Of a stretch of DNA of 64,000 nucleotides, positions 25,603-38,899 are shown piece by piece. Source of the DNA: Marsupella aquatica (taxonomy: Eukaryota > Plantae > Marchantiophyta). The DNA lies in assembly GCA_973895155.1 (NCBI GenBank), contig OZ316898.1, positions 20,409,292 through 20,473,291 of the forward strand, written 5' to 3'. The first letter of the stretch is position 1; each line of letters starts with the position of its first letter. Below the pieces are notes generated by a model. The model had not been told where the DNA came from. It saw only the letters and a program-made list of their open reading frames with translations, and searched no databases. Both the position numbers and the translations under genes were made by a program.

Positions 25603-28600
25603 TTATTGTTCAGAATTCCGTTCAAGCGAGCAATTCAGCGAGCAATTCATTGGACTGTCTAGGTTCTTTTAAATAAAACACCTCAGGGCGGTTAAATTTG
25701 TTCCTAGGTGGCAGGCAATATTAATTGCTTTCAAAGCCTTGCTGTGTTATGACGGATTTTTGATGAAGCTATGTAAGACAGCGAAGCTGTTGAGAGGTAA
25801 TTGTTGAATAATGCCCGAGGCTTGAGAGATCAAGAACCGAACTAGATCAGAAAGAGTCGCCCTGGAGCTAAGTCGAATACCTTTCAGTGAACCGATTTTG
25901 GCCCCCTGGAAACATTTCCTTTCGAGAACGACACTGCCTGAATAGTTGCGCAAAGCTGCAGATCGACAGGAGAACTTGACCCGAAATACCTTTGATTATG
26001 AATGGAAAGGAAGTTTACGCCAGAATGCATGAAGAAATTGGACTTCGAAACATCCAATTTATCGGATGCTTTCAAGGTGTCAACTTTCAAAAGATAGGGG
26101 CTTCATGATCTGGCACTCCAAAGCGTTGTCTAAACTCAGCACTGAAATCTCTCGTTGAAACCAACACCGCCATGTGTTCTAGTCTCAGTTTTTCGACTCC
26201 AATCTTTATTTGCAGTACGGAGGAACAATCCGTTTGCTAGCTCTAAACGTGTTTACTTTCTTTTACTCTGTTTCTGTGGAGGTTCTTCTCAATGTCCTCA
26301 GTCCCGATGTGCTCACTGAGCTTAGTAACGCAGACCCGGCCGTCCTTTCTATCCAGCCATGCGATCGGGCACCACATCTCTAACTTATAAATAGATAAGT
26401 AGATGGCAACTCGGTATTGGATCACAACAATTCAGCCACAGCTTGGAGTCGACAAGCGGGCGGGGCTGTGGGGAAACGGGACGTAGTCTGGTGACAGTAT
26501 CAGAAACGGCACTGTTAGCATGAAACCCATGTGGCTTGGCCCACAGGGCAGGTCCTCATTCTTGGGAGTTTTACTTGCGTGTCAAAACCGTCGAGGGACT
26601 GGGCAGCACACTTCTTGACAACATTAATTTCCTGAGAACATTCATTTGCCGGGGCAGCTCCTCATTTTGGGGGCCTTTTGATGCCCTTCTAGGAGTTTTG
26701 ACTGCCTGTCAAGTTGCCTTGAAAACCGAAAGCAGGCCCATACAAAAGAGGATAGACGTCCTGCTCTGCCAAGTTTCGGAAGGGACTAGGCCGCATTTCT
26801 TGACAATGCATTGTCACATGTTCCAGACAGCATATCAAATTCCGGGTACTATTGTCACACGTTCCAGACAGGAGACCAAAGTCCGGATACCATCGTCACA
26901 GGCATGTACCACACAGCACGTCAAAGTCTTAGCACATAGTCTGCACGGGACAACAGATTTCTTGACAACAACTCTCTCACATGTTTCACGCTATGAACCG
27001 ATCATACGCTCATTTCACCTTTCAAGTAGTTGCCAGCCTACACAGGACACACCAGTTGGCACAAGAGCTCCATCTCACACTCCATCTCCTCGTCAATTGC
27101 TGCTGTAAGAGTGCTTTGGTGACAAAAGGTACAAAAAGTGTTATAGTGGTGGGAGTCCTGGTTTCTCCATAGCCCCAGCTAGCCTTTTGGGGTTTCTCCT
27201 TAGCCCCAGCTAGCCTTTTGGGGCCCTGGTTCAACCCTCTCTCCCTCCTGTCTGGGTCCAGTCTAATCCCTGGGTATTGCCCCCCCCTTGTGGGCTACCT
27301 TACAGTGGTGCATACTCCAAAGTAGAATGTTTATTGTTTGGATTTGGTCTAAAATTCTAGCTAAATATGCCCTCCACATCAACATTTACTTGGTCCCATT
27401 GTTTGCCATGTAGGATTAGTAGCCATCATACCTGAATGGGCCCCTTGGTTCTGTAAAGTCAATTGCAGCCATTTTCCACTCATTATAAAAAGAAAACAAT
27501 GGGGCCCCAACATCTTGTGAAGCCACCCTAAAACACTACTACACAGGTTTTTTTGTATCAAACACTACAAAGAGCAATACGTCCAAAACAGGAGATGGTC
27601 TGTTTGCACAAAGTGAAAATGGTGCAAGCAAATCCTAGCCATTCACCAAATGATGAATTTTTGTGCACCAGCAGATCTAGCCACACATCCCCCCCTTGCC
27701 TTGCCTGCCTGCCCAATCTGCCCTGTGCCTGCATGAACCTGCCCACAAGAACGAAAAATAAAACATTATCCCTACTTTCCCACAATGGTACTTGGACTCT
27801 GTGACGTCACGGCAGTGTCACCTGTCTAGTGCAACGCACAAATAATGAGCTAGTATAAAAAGTTTGAATTAGAAAAGCTTTTCAGCCTGTGGTCTAAGTG
27901 TCCCTCACTTGGATGGAGGAGGTATTGAGATTGAGCTTCACTGGTGGCAATAACTGAAAGGTTTCATTTTCATGGTGACACACAGGCCTCTTGGAGGAAG
28001 GTCATCATGTAGATAGGAAAAAACCATGATGTATGTCAATTGATAATTGTGCATGAGGTTTGTCATGATTTCTATTTTACATTCAAAAAATGGGCTCTAT
28101 GGCTCCACCATAACATATGCATAGAAAGAGTGATTTGCCTAGAAAGTAGAATGATATATGTTATGTATGAATGATGACATGCATCATGGTTTTTTTTTAT
28201 CGTTTCGTTAATTTTCAAAGAATGTGAATAGAGAAAATACTTTGGTGACACTTCTATTGTACTCTCTACTATTCACATTCAAAGAACAGCTAATAGGGGC
28301 TAGTATTTGAAAAATTAGAGGCTAAGCTATTTAGTGTTTTCAATAAAGAGCTGTTAGGGGTAACTAACAACGATGCATATTAGGGGTAACTAACAAATTC
28401 AAATTCCTTCAATGAGAAAGAAATGGCAAAGAATCTTGAAAAAGCAATGACTAGACCCCTGTAAGGCCGATTCAAATTTTAATAATTGTGAAAAAAAAAC
28501 GTGAAACAAGACAGCACATAAAGTCTGTTCTTGACACAGGGCACCTGTTACAAAGCACTCTCTCATCTCACGTAATAGTGCAACATTGTTTGCCTAATTA

Positions 28601-29231
28601 TGTGCATCACCGTAATCGTTCGCTCCTTATTACACGAAAATGCCGGAAATTGCGTTCCCAACTGTGTGAGCGCCAAATTACAGGAAAAAGGTTGCGTTTC
28701 CCAATTTAGTAGTGAAAGACACGTTTGCTGTTGAGCTCCAGTTTGAAAGATCGGAATCCATCAATCCTCGAGAATTTGTGTGAAATCGAGGCGCTGCAAT
28801 TATTGGCGACGAAGAAAGTGAAGGAACGACAGCAAAAGAAAGCACACGAAGAATTTGGCCGACAGAGGAGTGGAGGTAGAGAGAGTCACTGCTTTGACAG
28901 TACGAAGGGTGAAAGGGGGCACAAGAAGAATTTGAGGATTTGAGGGGAAATTGGAGATCACCGTTTTAGAGGGAATCTGGGAAAAGGCGCGGAAAAGTGT
29001 TGAGGGAAAAAGTGGGGGAACAGAACAGCGAAAGAAGCACAAGAAGGAGAAGAATTTGGAGGGGAGGAGTGGTGGTAGAGAGAAAGACATGGTTGGCACA
29101 GAGCAAAGAGACTGACAGGAGGGGGAAGATCGAAAGCTCGAATTCGAGGGGGAATTGTGAAGATTGTCCTACTGGAAAAGGAATTTTAGACAGAGTGAAG
29201 TTTCAAAAGCGGAGCGGGAGGGCTAGACGTG

Positions 29232-32200
29232 ATGGAGTTGCCAGTGTTTGATTTGGAGGAGTACCTCTTGGCAACAGGTCGGATACGATTGCAGAAGCAG
29301 AAGCAGCAGGAGGAGGTGGGGGAAGATGGGACTGCAGGAGTAGCAGGAGCTGAGACGGAAGCGACATTGTCGGATGGATTGAGGGAGCTGTGCGAGAAAG
29401 TGGCTAGTTGCCTGAGAGAGTCTGGGGCGTTGGTGATCCGAGACCCCAGATGCACCACTGCTGACAATGACGCCTTCCTTGACATGATGGAGAAGTACTG
29501 GGGTCAAACGGAAGACTTCAAGAGACAGCAAGAACGCCCTGATGCTCACTATCAGGCAGGTCCCTGGCTTTTCTCTTTTTTTCTTCTCGTACCCTATGCC
29601 GCCCTTCTGCGAGGTTGAGATTTAATTCATATTTCTCATATCCGTGTTCAACCGTCTATTTCTGTTGGAGTCGACAATTTGGCAAATCAGAAGTTTGCAT
29701 TTCTTGTCGTTCGTAGAAATTTGTACTCTCTACTAGTTTCGTTTTTTTAAACCAGATGTCGTATGTTTTTTCTGTCTGTTAGTTTGTTTCCCTTTGGACA
29801 AATATCTTATAAGTGCACAGCCACAAATCATCAATTTCACATATCTCTAGTTCTCCGTGTTGCTTTGCAAATTTTTACTCTGACCCTCCTATATCCCGTC
29901 ATGCGGATTCTTGTCCCCACTCTCAGGATTTCCTTTTTTCGCTTCTTAGAATATTTTTATTCAGAATAGGGCCACTCTCTGGTGTATTGTATCTGCTCGG
30001 TGGTCTTTACAGTGACGAGATAGGCAGTGAGCATTCTCTGAGGAGGTGAGTGCAAATGTCCTCGTTAGGAAGCTAACTAAGTGAGAGGAATGCGATAGGA
30101 TGAAACAGGTGGGCGTGACACCTGAAGGACAAGAAACACCAAGGTTTCTATACGACGAGAAGCTGCAGGCACGAATGCGTGAGCTCTCTGAGGATGCTCG
30201 GCCTCTAGCCCCCTCTGGGGCAGACGCCAAGTGGCGCTATATGTGGAGAATCGGTCCTCGTCCAACTGTCACTCGCTTCAAGGTAGGTCATTCTAGCTGG
30301 TGTCGACAGAGTCCAAGATCGTCCCCTGAGGTTTCTGGAAGGTAATGGAAGAGTCGCACGAGAAACGAGAGAGCATTCCCCATCGGAAATACTTTGGACC
30401 ATTTAGACTGGTTGGTTGCATTATGGTCTTGAAAATTTCCCTTATTGTGGCATTTTCCATACTGCAGGAGCTAAATGCAGAAGCTGTTGTGCCCGAAGGC
30501 TTCCCAGAATGGACGGACACTATGGATAAATGGGGTCAGAAGATGCTTTCGGCTGTTGAGGTTTTACTCTTCGTACTTCATCAGAAATTTGTGAAAATGA
30601 TTTTTTTGGCTCTGAAAGGTCTCTTTGTTGGTGAAGAAGAACCAGAGGACCTGAGCTGGATTTTCGAATACATGTTGCTTCTATTTTCCAGGTAGTTGCT
30701 GAAATGATTGCAGAGGGCTTTGGGCTTCCAAAAGCGACTTTTACGTCCTTGATGAAAGAGGTACATAAGTAGCAATTTTATTTGTTTCATCATCAGATAG
30801 ACGGTTCTTCACATTAAGAAAGTGTTTGTTGGATGAGATGTGAGCTAGTTCGACATCCATGGGAAGTAAACGGAAGACTTCATCAACTCAATAGTTGTCC
30901 ACTGAAAGGATGCTTTCTTTTTTGGTGGTGGTGGGTGGGGCGCTGGAAATGGATCAAAATGAACCTGGGCCACAGGAAAATATTTTGCAACTGGGGGTCA
31001 CAGAAAATCAGGATCTTCGGGTGTGAATGACCCATTTTACCAGTTCTGTACGTATTGCTAGAAGCTGCAAAGGTTCAGCTTGGTTTGCCTTCGCTGACTG
31101 AGAAGATTGAATCCGTCGAGTTCGTAGTTGACATTGTTTTGGCGTGTAGGGACCGCACCTCCTGGCTCCTACAGGTAGTGACCTTTCACGGTATGGTATG
31201 AAAGGGACAGTTTTTGCAGGCTACCATTATGATCTCAACTTCTTGACCATACATGGAAGAAGCCGGTTTCCTGGTCTCAATATCTGGTTGAAGGATGGAA
31301 GAAAAGTTGCAGTGAGTGTTCCTGCTGGGTGTCTTTTGCTGCAAGCGGGGAAGGAGGTGATGATCTGGATCTATCAAATTGTTGTTTTTATGGAGTCTTG
31401 AAGTTCCCTCAGTAAGAATTCAGTATATAGTGGCCCTACCGCAGCGATATTGAATATGAACTGAAGGGTGATGACAGTGCAGGAAACTTAAGTCATGGAT
31501 CGAACAGTCTCATCACAGCTCATTCATCTCAGCGCCGCAAAATTGCTCTCTAAGCTGTGATTGTGACTACAGCCATGTGCGTGCTAACTCATTGGAACTT
31601 CCCACAAAGTCCAGTGTCGTGAAAAAATAACAAGCGATTGTGTTGGACGCAGTTGGAGTGGCTGACTGGTGGAGAATGTTTGGCTGGTATGCACGAGGTG
31701 GTTGTGACTGAAAAGACAATGGCAGCGATTGAAGCAGCAAATAAGACTGGGCGCAGCTTGTGGAGAGTTTCCTCCACTGTAAGCTTCTCTCTTCCTTGTA
31801 CGAATAATTTTGCAACGCTGGAAATATTAGCGACCTCTGTGGCACTGCACTACGCCTGGAAAATTCATGCATGCTTTCTGCGCAGAGTATAATGAAGTGT
31901 ATGTGAAGATTCAAGTCTCGGTGGTGATATTCTACTCTTTGTCTTTGCGAGGATGTATTATCAAACGCAGTCATCTATTGTGGTGTTGTCAGGTTTAGTT
32001 TGGGGCTTTGTTATTCCATCTTGAGAACATTATCTATTGCTTTTTGCCTTCGATACATTCAGGTATTCGGGCACATTGCCTACGATGCAGTGTTGGAACC
32101 CCTGGGGCCATTTGCAGAGGCTAAACGAGCTCAAGACTATAGCCCGGTATATGCAGGTGATTATGTAGCATCAGAAATCTCATTAATAAAATTGAAAGGG

Positions 32201-32242
32201 AAGAAGATCTTAAGTGCACAGGTTGTCCCACTCCAATCTTAG
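29232..32242 (+). CDS. 2-oxoglutarate/Fe(II)-dependent oxygenase (At5g48020-like), 7 coding exons, first intron GC-AG
   Basis: Exons 29232-29555, 30109-30282, 30468-30560, 30692-30760, 31150-31356, 31653-31778 and 32063-32242. N-terminal LPVFDL, facial triad GYHYDLNFLT...GMHEV and 2OG-binding WRVSST. Confidence 0.92.
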
Positions 32243-32843
32243 GTGATAAGTGATTCTCTGTAAATAACCTGTAGTCTGAAGCAGAGAGACGCTTAATTAG
32301 ACTTACTTACAAATCAGATGTCTTAGATATGTCTTATACCCGCTGTCAAAATACCGTCTATAGTATAACGGTGCCTTGCAATAGACTGTTCTGAATTAAA
32401 TTATAGAAGAACCCAGAGAAATTCTCTCGGCAAAAAGTAGCAGTCTTTGTTGGGACCATCTTGGTCAATGAGGACCTCTTCGTAAGCAATTGCATTCCGA
32501 AGAGCACTCTTGAGGCCAAGGGTAAATTACTTATGCAGATTTTCTTTCTTGTAATAATAAATTATTCTGTCCATTGTGCGGCTTTTGTCCATTTCTATTC
32601 TTTTACGTCAACAGCAGCTGTTTATTACCGGCCAATTCGCTAGGGGTGCCAAGCCGTGGGATGATAAACCACAAAAGAGCTTCAAAAGGCCCGTCAAATC
32701 TCTGTGAATGGTAGCGGTGACCCGACAACAGGAGGGGGCTACAATGGCGAGGGGTCCATGAGGTCCTCTGGATATCCTCTCTGGTCGAGCTTTGAACAAA
32801 GTGAACATGATGGGATACATTGACGGCCATTGAAAGGTGCATT

Positions 32844-33525
32844 TAGGGGCTCCTGATTAGCTTGAAGGGCACCTACTGCCAAGTTTGGACTGTCGCATCT
32901 CTAGGGTCTAACTGAACAACATCCATTACTCCTCTACTCCCTGCTTTTGACATCCTCCAAAGCTGGTGACCACAGAACATCAACGAAACTCGACCAAGCC
33001 CTGTGGACAATACCGACAGCCCTTAACAAGAGAGACATTGTTGTTAAGGAGGTGTTGCTATATTTTGAGAGTTCAGTTGGGCGTTTTGATGGACGGACTC
33101 TAAAGTGCATTGACAAGACTGGAGAGGTTGACAGTCACAGTTTCCAGACTGCCTTTGGGAGGGTCTAACTGAATGTCTGTCACTCATCAAGTGGACGAGT
33201 TCACTCATCAACTCTGTGCTTTGACACCCCCTATCCCGGTTTGACCTTGCCCGTCAAATTGGCCGATTTTCCCCGTCAATACGTCAACGGGGTCGCCTGG
33301 TCTCCTGGAGTCGCGGTCGGTCCGGTTGTGAGGGTTGACCCGGGCTGGCCTGGGCCGGGTTTGGGTGGGCTGGGGCGGGGTCCCGGTTGGGAGCTGGGCC
33401 GGGTCGGGAATCTGGGGGAATTTCAAGTAATATCCGTCAAACTTCTCATTTCTGGGTCGTCATTTGACGGTTTTACGTGCCCGACAAGCCGTCAACTTGC
33501 CCGTCAGGTTAAATCTGGCCCCCTA
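32844..33525. mobile_element. Putative non-autonomous DNA transposon with imperfect ~28-bp TIRs
   Basis: Left end TAGGGGCTCCTGATTAGCTTGAAGGGCA (32844-32871). Reverse complement of the right end is TAGGGGGCCAGATTTAACCTGACGGGCA (33498-33525). Many CCCGTCAA/TTGACGG subterminal motifs and a G-rich interior. Confidence 0.45.
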
Positions 33526-34020
33526 TGAATCAAAATTGAATGTTCACTCATCAACTTCCTGCCTTGACAACCCTAATTGGATGTTCTGATTCAGGACCCA
33601 TTGAGTCACTTACTCTGCAAATCAAATATATTAGCCCCAAGGTAAAGATCAACTAACACCATGCACTTAGCCTCCATATCAGCAGCATGGAGTGGAAATG
33701 TATAGGATAACGGTGGTCTGGGCTGGCCTGTAACCTTGTACTTGGAAAGTGAGCAAAACCAGCAAAACCTGAGTGGTGGTAGCCTCAAAGCTCTTCCCAG
33801 CATTCCAGATACTAGAACCCCTGCCCATACCTCTTTTATGTTAAGTAATTCTTGTCAGGAAAAAAGGTTTCCCGTGTGTAACCTTTTCTATTCGGTGCCA
33901 CCATTTCCATAACCCTCTGGCCAGAAAGTCTTGCCCGGTAAAATTTTTTTCGGACAGATATTAAGTATGATAATGCTTGTTTGGGTTGGGGTTAGGGAAA
34001 CCTGTTTCCACAAATGTTCT

Positions 34021-34136
34021 CACAAAGCTCAGAAAAACTTCTCAACTGCTGTCTGTCAACATTTGTTCACTTTCCTGTTCCCACAAAGCTCAGAAAAACT
34101 TCTCAACTACTGTCTCTCAACATTTGTTCACTTTCT
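34021..34136. repeat. Tandem duplication, 61-bp period, 2 copies
   Basis: CACAAAGCTCAGAAAAACTTCTCAACT(G/A)CTGTCT(G/C)TCAACATTTGTTCACTTTC at 34021 and 34082. Confidence 0.85.
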
Positions 34137-35210
34137 GGTCACAGGGTTACACACTATTAACCCGGACCAATCTATCATCACCCTATGCCAATCCATCATT
34201 ACCCTATACTTACTTGTCCAGAAAAAGGTTACAGATCATGTGTTTTGGGGTAAAAGGTTATCTAAAAAGCACCTATCTCCAGAAATGGTTACACAAATTG
34301 TATTCCGTACAGAAATTAAGGTTACCGACCCCTAAATACATATCTTGTTACCCACCCCTAAATTACGAATCCGCCTGAGTACTCCCGAGCCTGTACCGAA
34401 GCCATCCCGAACTGAATCCCGAACCTGAATCCTCCCCGACCCCGAATCGGGACCTCCAGGTGCGGAACAGATTTGGAAAGTGTAAGGGGGAAAGTGTAAG
34501 GGCACAAGTGTAAAGGTAAACGGACAAAAGCACCCGAGGATAGAATGATAGAGAATGGGTGGTGATCTCGAGCTTCGTGACTATGGCGGACTCGATTTTG
34601 AGGGCTTTGCTCAGCGGAGGAGCTCGCTAGGAGTCTCCGTAGAACAGAACCTGAACTCCTTTTCGGTCTCATCAGTTGAACTACGGTTGGAGGGAGACGG
34701 AGCCGATAATTATTGTCGTCCTGTGTCTTTAATGAGGAGACAGAAGAGAGCGAATAGATTTGAGGAAAATCGTGCATAGAAGATAGTGCTGAGAGCTTTC
34801 AGTGCTCAAACCGGGAGTGGAAAGTCGTCTTCAGGGGACTTCTGGACAGGAAATTTGTGTCTGTGACTAGACCGCTCGAGTTAGCCATGAGACTTTCCCC
34901 GGTGATACGGCTGTGAGCCCGTGAGTCGTTACCGTATTGTATCCTCATCCTAGGAAGCGTCACAAATACTGAGAATTGCTGTGGAATCTTCACATTCTGA
35001 TCAACAGGTGAATTTAATTGGAGCGTCATGTCGATGATGTGTTCATTATTGCGATTAATGTTGTCATTATCAGTATAAGGTCGATAATTGTCTTCATAAT
35101 ATTTGGCACTGAATTGGAGATGGTGTTGTTTACCGAGCAGGCAATTTAAGCCGACGTCTTCTTTCATAATCGGGGTGGTGCCAAATTGTCGCACAGAGCT
35201 GTCTGGCGCT

Positions 35211-37097
35211 ATGGAGTCTCTTCTGCTCCCGTTGCGTCCTACTTGTCCCGCCGTTTTGAGCCACAGCGTGTGCTGCAAAAGCTGCCGCAGTACGAATGCA
35301 AGAAATGATAGATTCTCGTTGTCGAGCTCTTACGCTCGCGTGCAGACCAACCTGTCGGCATCGTTCAAGGTTTCTGACAAGACGCACTTGAGATCAGGAA
35401 TGGGAAGGAGAAGGCTGGCTGCCAAAGCCACTCTCGCAACTGAAGAAGAGGGTGTGAATGAAGCAGAGTTGGCAGTCGAAGAAGAAGGTGTGGATGACTC
35501 GCGCCCCTCGCATGTGAGCCTCTCTGCCGTTATTCTCTGAGTAGGTACTCAATTACAGTACTGTAGTTGTTGTCGTCGACATCTCTTGAAAGTGACAATT
35601 ATATTGCTTAGTACGAGATGGCGCGGATCCATCCACTCTCGGCCACAGAAAGCTACACTTTCTGGACGAGCTACTTTCCAAAAGACTGCGTCGAGCGTCT
35701 TCATTTCAACCTGGTCAATGTCCAAGAAAATATGGATTGGTTGCTCAGCGATATATTGAGGTTTTCTCCCAGTCATTCTTACTCGGCGCTCTTTTGGCTA
35801 TTTCAGTGGAGAGTGCCGCGCCTACGAAATCAGAGAGCGACGACGGCATTGCTCAAAGTGTAGAGCTGTTAAAGACTGCTTCGAAGACCAAGAAAGTCCC
35901 CGCATCGGAAATTGTTGCAGCGTTCAAGGTCCTGGATAAGGCAAAGGTCGATCCGACGGATTTTCTTCAGATTATCGGGGGTACGAAATCCCCTGGCCGG
36001 ACATGGTTACTAGTTTTCACCTGCAACAAAAAAGAGGTATTTTGTGTCTTTCCTCCCGCTCCTCTACTTGTATAGTACTCCAAGTGATTGGAGTTGTCGT
36101 CTTCATGATCATTAATAAATATCTTTGTTTCAACTTATCTTTCGTCAAATTGGAGAGCAATATCGCGCAATGAAGTTATTGTATAAGTGTTTACTATCAC
36201 CGAACAAAAATTCCTCTTCTTGTTGGAAGTTCTCCTGTCTAAGTCTTTTACAGGTGAATGATTGTGTTTGTGATTGCACGAATTCCTGCAGTACAACAGC
36301 AGCGAAGGAAAAGGAACGTATCTTCCTGTCTCAGCGGTCCAGAATTTTGACGCTGAGGTAACTCACATCTCTCGTCCCGCTCTTTACTGCATATTTTGCT
36401 TTGCAAGTAAAGGTCGAGTGGTATAGATGAAGGAGAAAGTTGTTTATTCCATTTCGCTTGTTGACCACTGAGACAGCTTTTGTGCCTATTTCCAATATTC
36501 TTGGCTCGATAGATTTTTGGCTTATTTGAGTTTTGCTGCTGTAAAGGTCTGAGATCTCTCATATTATGAATTGCCTCAAATCTGCTCAGTTTAGCAGACA
36601 AGTTAATTATCATGGGAGCACGTGTTGTCGATATAAATGGTATCAGATGACCTCCATGGAGTAGGAAAGGAGTTCATGGATAGTGATTTTAGTCTTCGGC
36701 GGACTATACAAATTCCATTGCCAGGCCTCACAACGCTCTACACAAGAATGTCAACAATGAGGATTTATGTAACGGTTGAAAAGTTGTACTTCTCCCCTTG
36801 CAGGCAATGTCTATCGAAAATGGGGTTTATCTCGGGCCTCTCGGGGAGCTGGTATTCAGCGGGACCTTTATTTGGGAGAAGCGCAACTTGCGGTTCGTGT
36901 TCTACACGCTGAAGGTGAAAATCGGTCCATTCGGCCCGTTCAGCATCCCCGTCGGCAGCAAGGACCAGGAGATCACAAAAACCAGCCCCGGCTTCATCTG
37001 GTCCTATGTAGACGACGAAATCCTCGTCGGCAAAGGGAAGGCTGGCGGCACGGCGTTCTGGGTCAGGTGTGAAAGAGTGAAGAAGCCTTTGTACTAA
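35211..37097 (+). CDS. Plastid-targeted fibrillin-like conserved plant protein (At1g18060-like), 4 coding exons
   Basis: Exon 1 runs from ATG 35211 (Ser/Arg-rich transit peptide) with an ambiguous donor (35451/35487/35513). Other exons are ~35807-36036, 36292-36357 and 36804-37097. Conserved blocks LKTASKTKKVP, GGTKSPGRTWLLVFT, YLPVSAVQNFD, IENGVYLGPLG and YVDDEILVGKGKAGGTAFW. Confidence 0.82.
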
Positions 37098-38043
37098 ATG
37101 GAGTGTGGTGTCGATTTCACCTTAGGTAGCTGATTGCAGAACTGACCACACCGTGAGCGTATTTCGATCTGTACAGTCATGGACTTGTTGTATAATAGGT
37201 GAGGACAGAAAGTCGATTTACAAGACTGTTTAGTCGATTGCTCCCCGCTATGCCTATCACTTATCTTCTTCCCTTCGTCCATCTGTTTCTTTCTTCGTAT
37301 GATACTTATCATGACTTCCTGAGTGAGCAGTTTGGGATCTGATACTTTTGGGAAGAGACGGCACCTTGGGATCTGATAACGTGAGGAAGGAGAGGTTTAG
37401 GGTACTCTAAACAGTGCTAGAGGTTTTGATTTTGCCTACGGATTGCTGGAATTTATATTGTACTTTATGAAAGAGAGTTTACTGGGTAGTTATTCAACTT
37501 ATGAAAGCGTTAGAGGCCCGTTAGAGGCTTAGCACAAGGATTACTCGAGTGTATATTTTACTTTGTGAAAGACTGTTTACTCCGTGGTATGTACCGTCAT
37601 GCTTTAAAACAACCTGGTTTGTTTCTAAGTATCCTTGAGAGACTGGTGACTCCTTGGTCATCGATTATCTACAATGATGCTTTAAAATAACCTGGTTCTC
37701 TGAGAGGTATCCGTGAGCCTCAATCCATAGGATCCTTCAAGGATTCCCTTTTGGTACGTTCGCAAAGTTCTATTGGACTCCGCTTTCTCTGCCCTATTGA
37801 GGGTCATAGGCACAAACTCTTGAAAAGGCTGCATCGGAATATTGTGTAGCGCTAGCAATTAAGCACTATCATAACCTGTTTGGTGAAATTCCAGATAATT
37901 GTATATTGTCCACCTCCCACAACATTCTCCCCGAAATGTGACCCCAATCAAATTCCTAATTTTCCTAATTTTCCTAGAGAGAAACATTCATAAGTATCAT
38001 TCACAATCACCTTCGAGAACCTATTGGCGACAAGCTTCCCATA

Positions 38044-38248
38044 CACTCTTCCGAGACCTTAAATGCAAGTCCCGTATGTCACTCGTATGCCAACGATAAA
38101 CTTCTAAACTTCTCCTATGCACTCTGTTCCGAGACCATAAATGCAAGTCCCGTATGTCACTCGTATGCCAACGATAAACTTCTAAACTTCTCCTATGCAC
38201 TCTGTTCCGAGACCATAAATGCATGTCCCGAATGTCTCTCGTATGCAA
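38044..38248. repeat. 78-bp tandem repeat, ~2.6 copies
   Basis: CCGAGACC(T/A)TAAATGCA(A/T)GTCCCG starts at 38051, 38129 and 38207. The copies are nearly identical. Confidence 0.9.
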
Positions 38249-38899
38249 ACATCAGGACTGTCCAGGTACAGCAGACCTGTTGCAAAACCTCACATACTTA
38301 ATGAAAGAAGCACCTGACATCTGGACTGCAGATCTCAATCAGCGCTCGTAAACAAATTCTTGATTTTAGACACCATGTTCATTACAGTATGCTGAATCCG
38401 GTGAAAAAAGCAGGGGCTGCAAAAAGGTAGAAACAACAAAAGAAGAAGAACCGGTTTTCGGATGAAATGAACTGCTTCTCCGTTAGAGTTCCGGGTGCTT
38501 CATGGAGTCCAATTGTCAACCAGAAAGGTCGTTTCTATATACTACAATACGTGTTACAAAGAAATTCTCATCAGTGTCAAAATTGAAAACCACTGTCTTT
38601 GTGGAAACCCAGTAACCGAGTACCACCGACATATAAAACGTCTCTGAGGATTGCAAATTGGGCGCCTACAGTCAATCTTTGGAGTTTGCGCATAGGAATG
38701 ATGTACGTTGAAACTTTCAAAGACAGGTTTGCTGGACTAACCCTGAGGCACTTGAAGACTGTCACCGGCTTTGTGCTGACCAACATTTGTTACTACACTA
38801 TCAATTAGCACCTTCTGGCTTTTGAAGGCTCAATATTATTTTACTCAAAGCTTATTCAGTACCATGATATAAACATCAATTCAAATCCCAGAACTAAAC

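Noticed and set aside
26514-27320. Solo LTR or LTR plus PBS (TG...CCTTACA followed by GTGGTG) and the 190-aa ORF 26536-27108
   Set aside because: No matching TSD, no recognisable tRNA-complementary PBS, no second LTR and no recognisable protein motif. Probably repeat-derived, but I cannot support a call.
27883-27950. tRNA gene or tRNA-derived SINE (A-box-like TGTGGTCTAAGTG)
   Set aside because: The B box is too degenerate and no cloverleaf can be formed.
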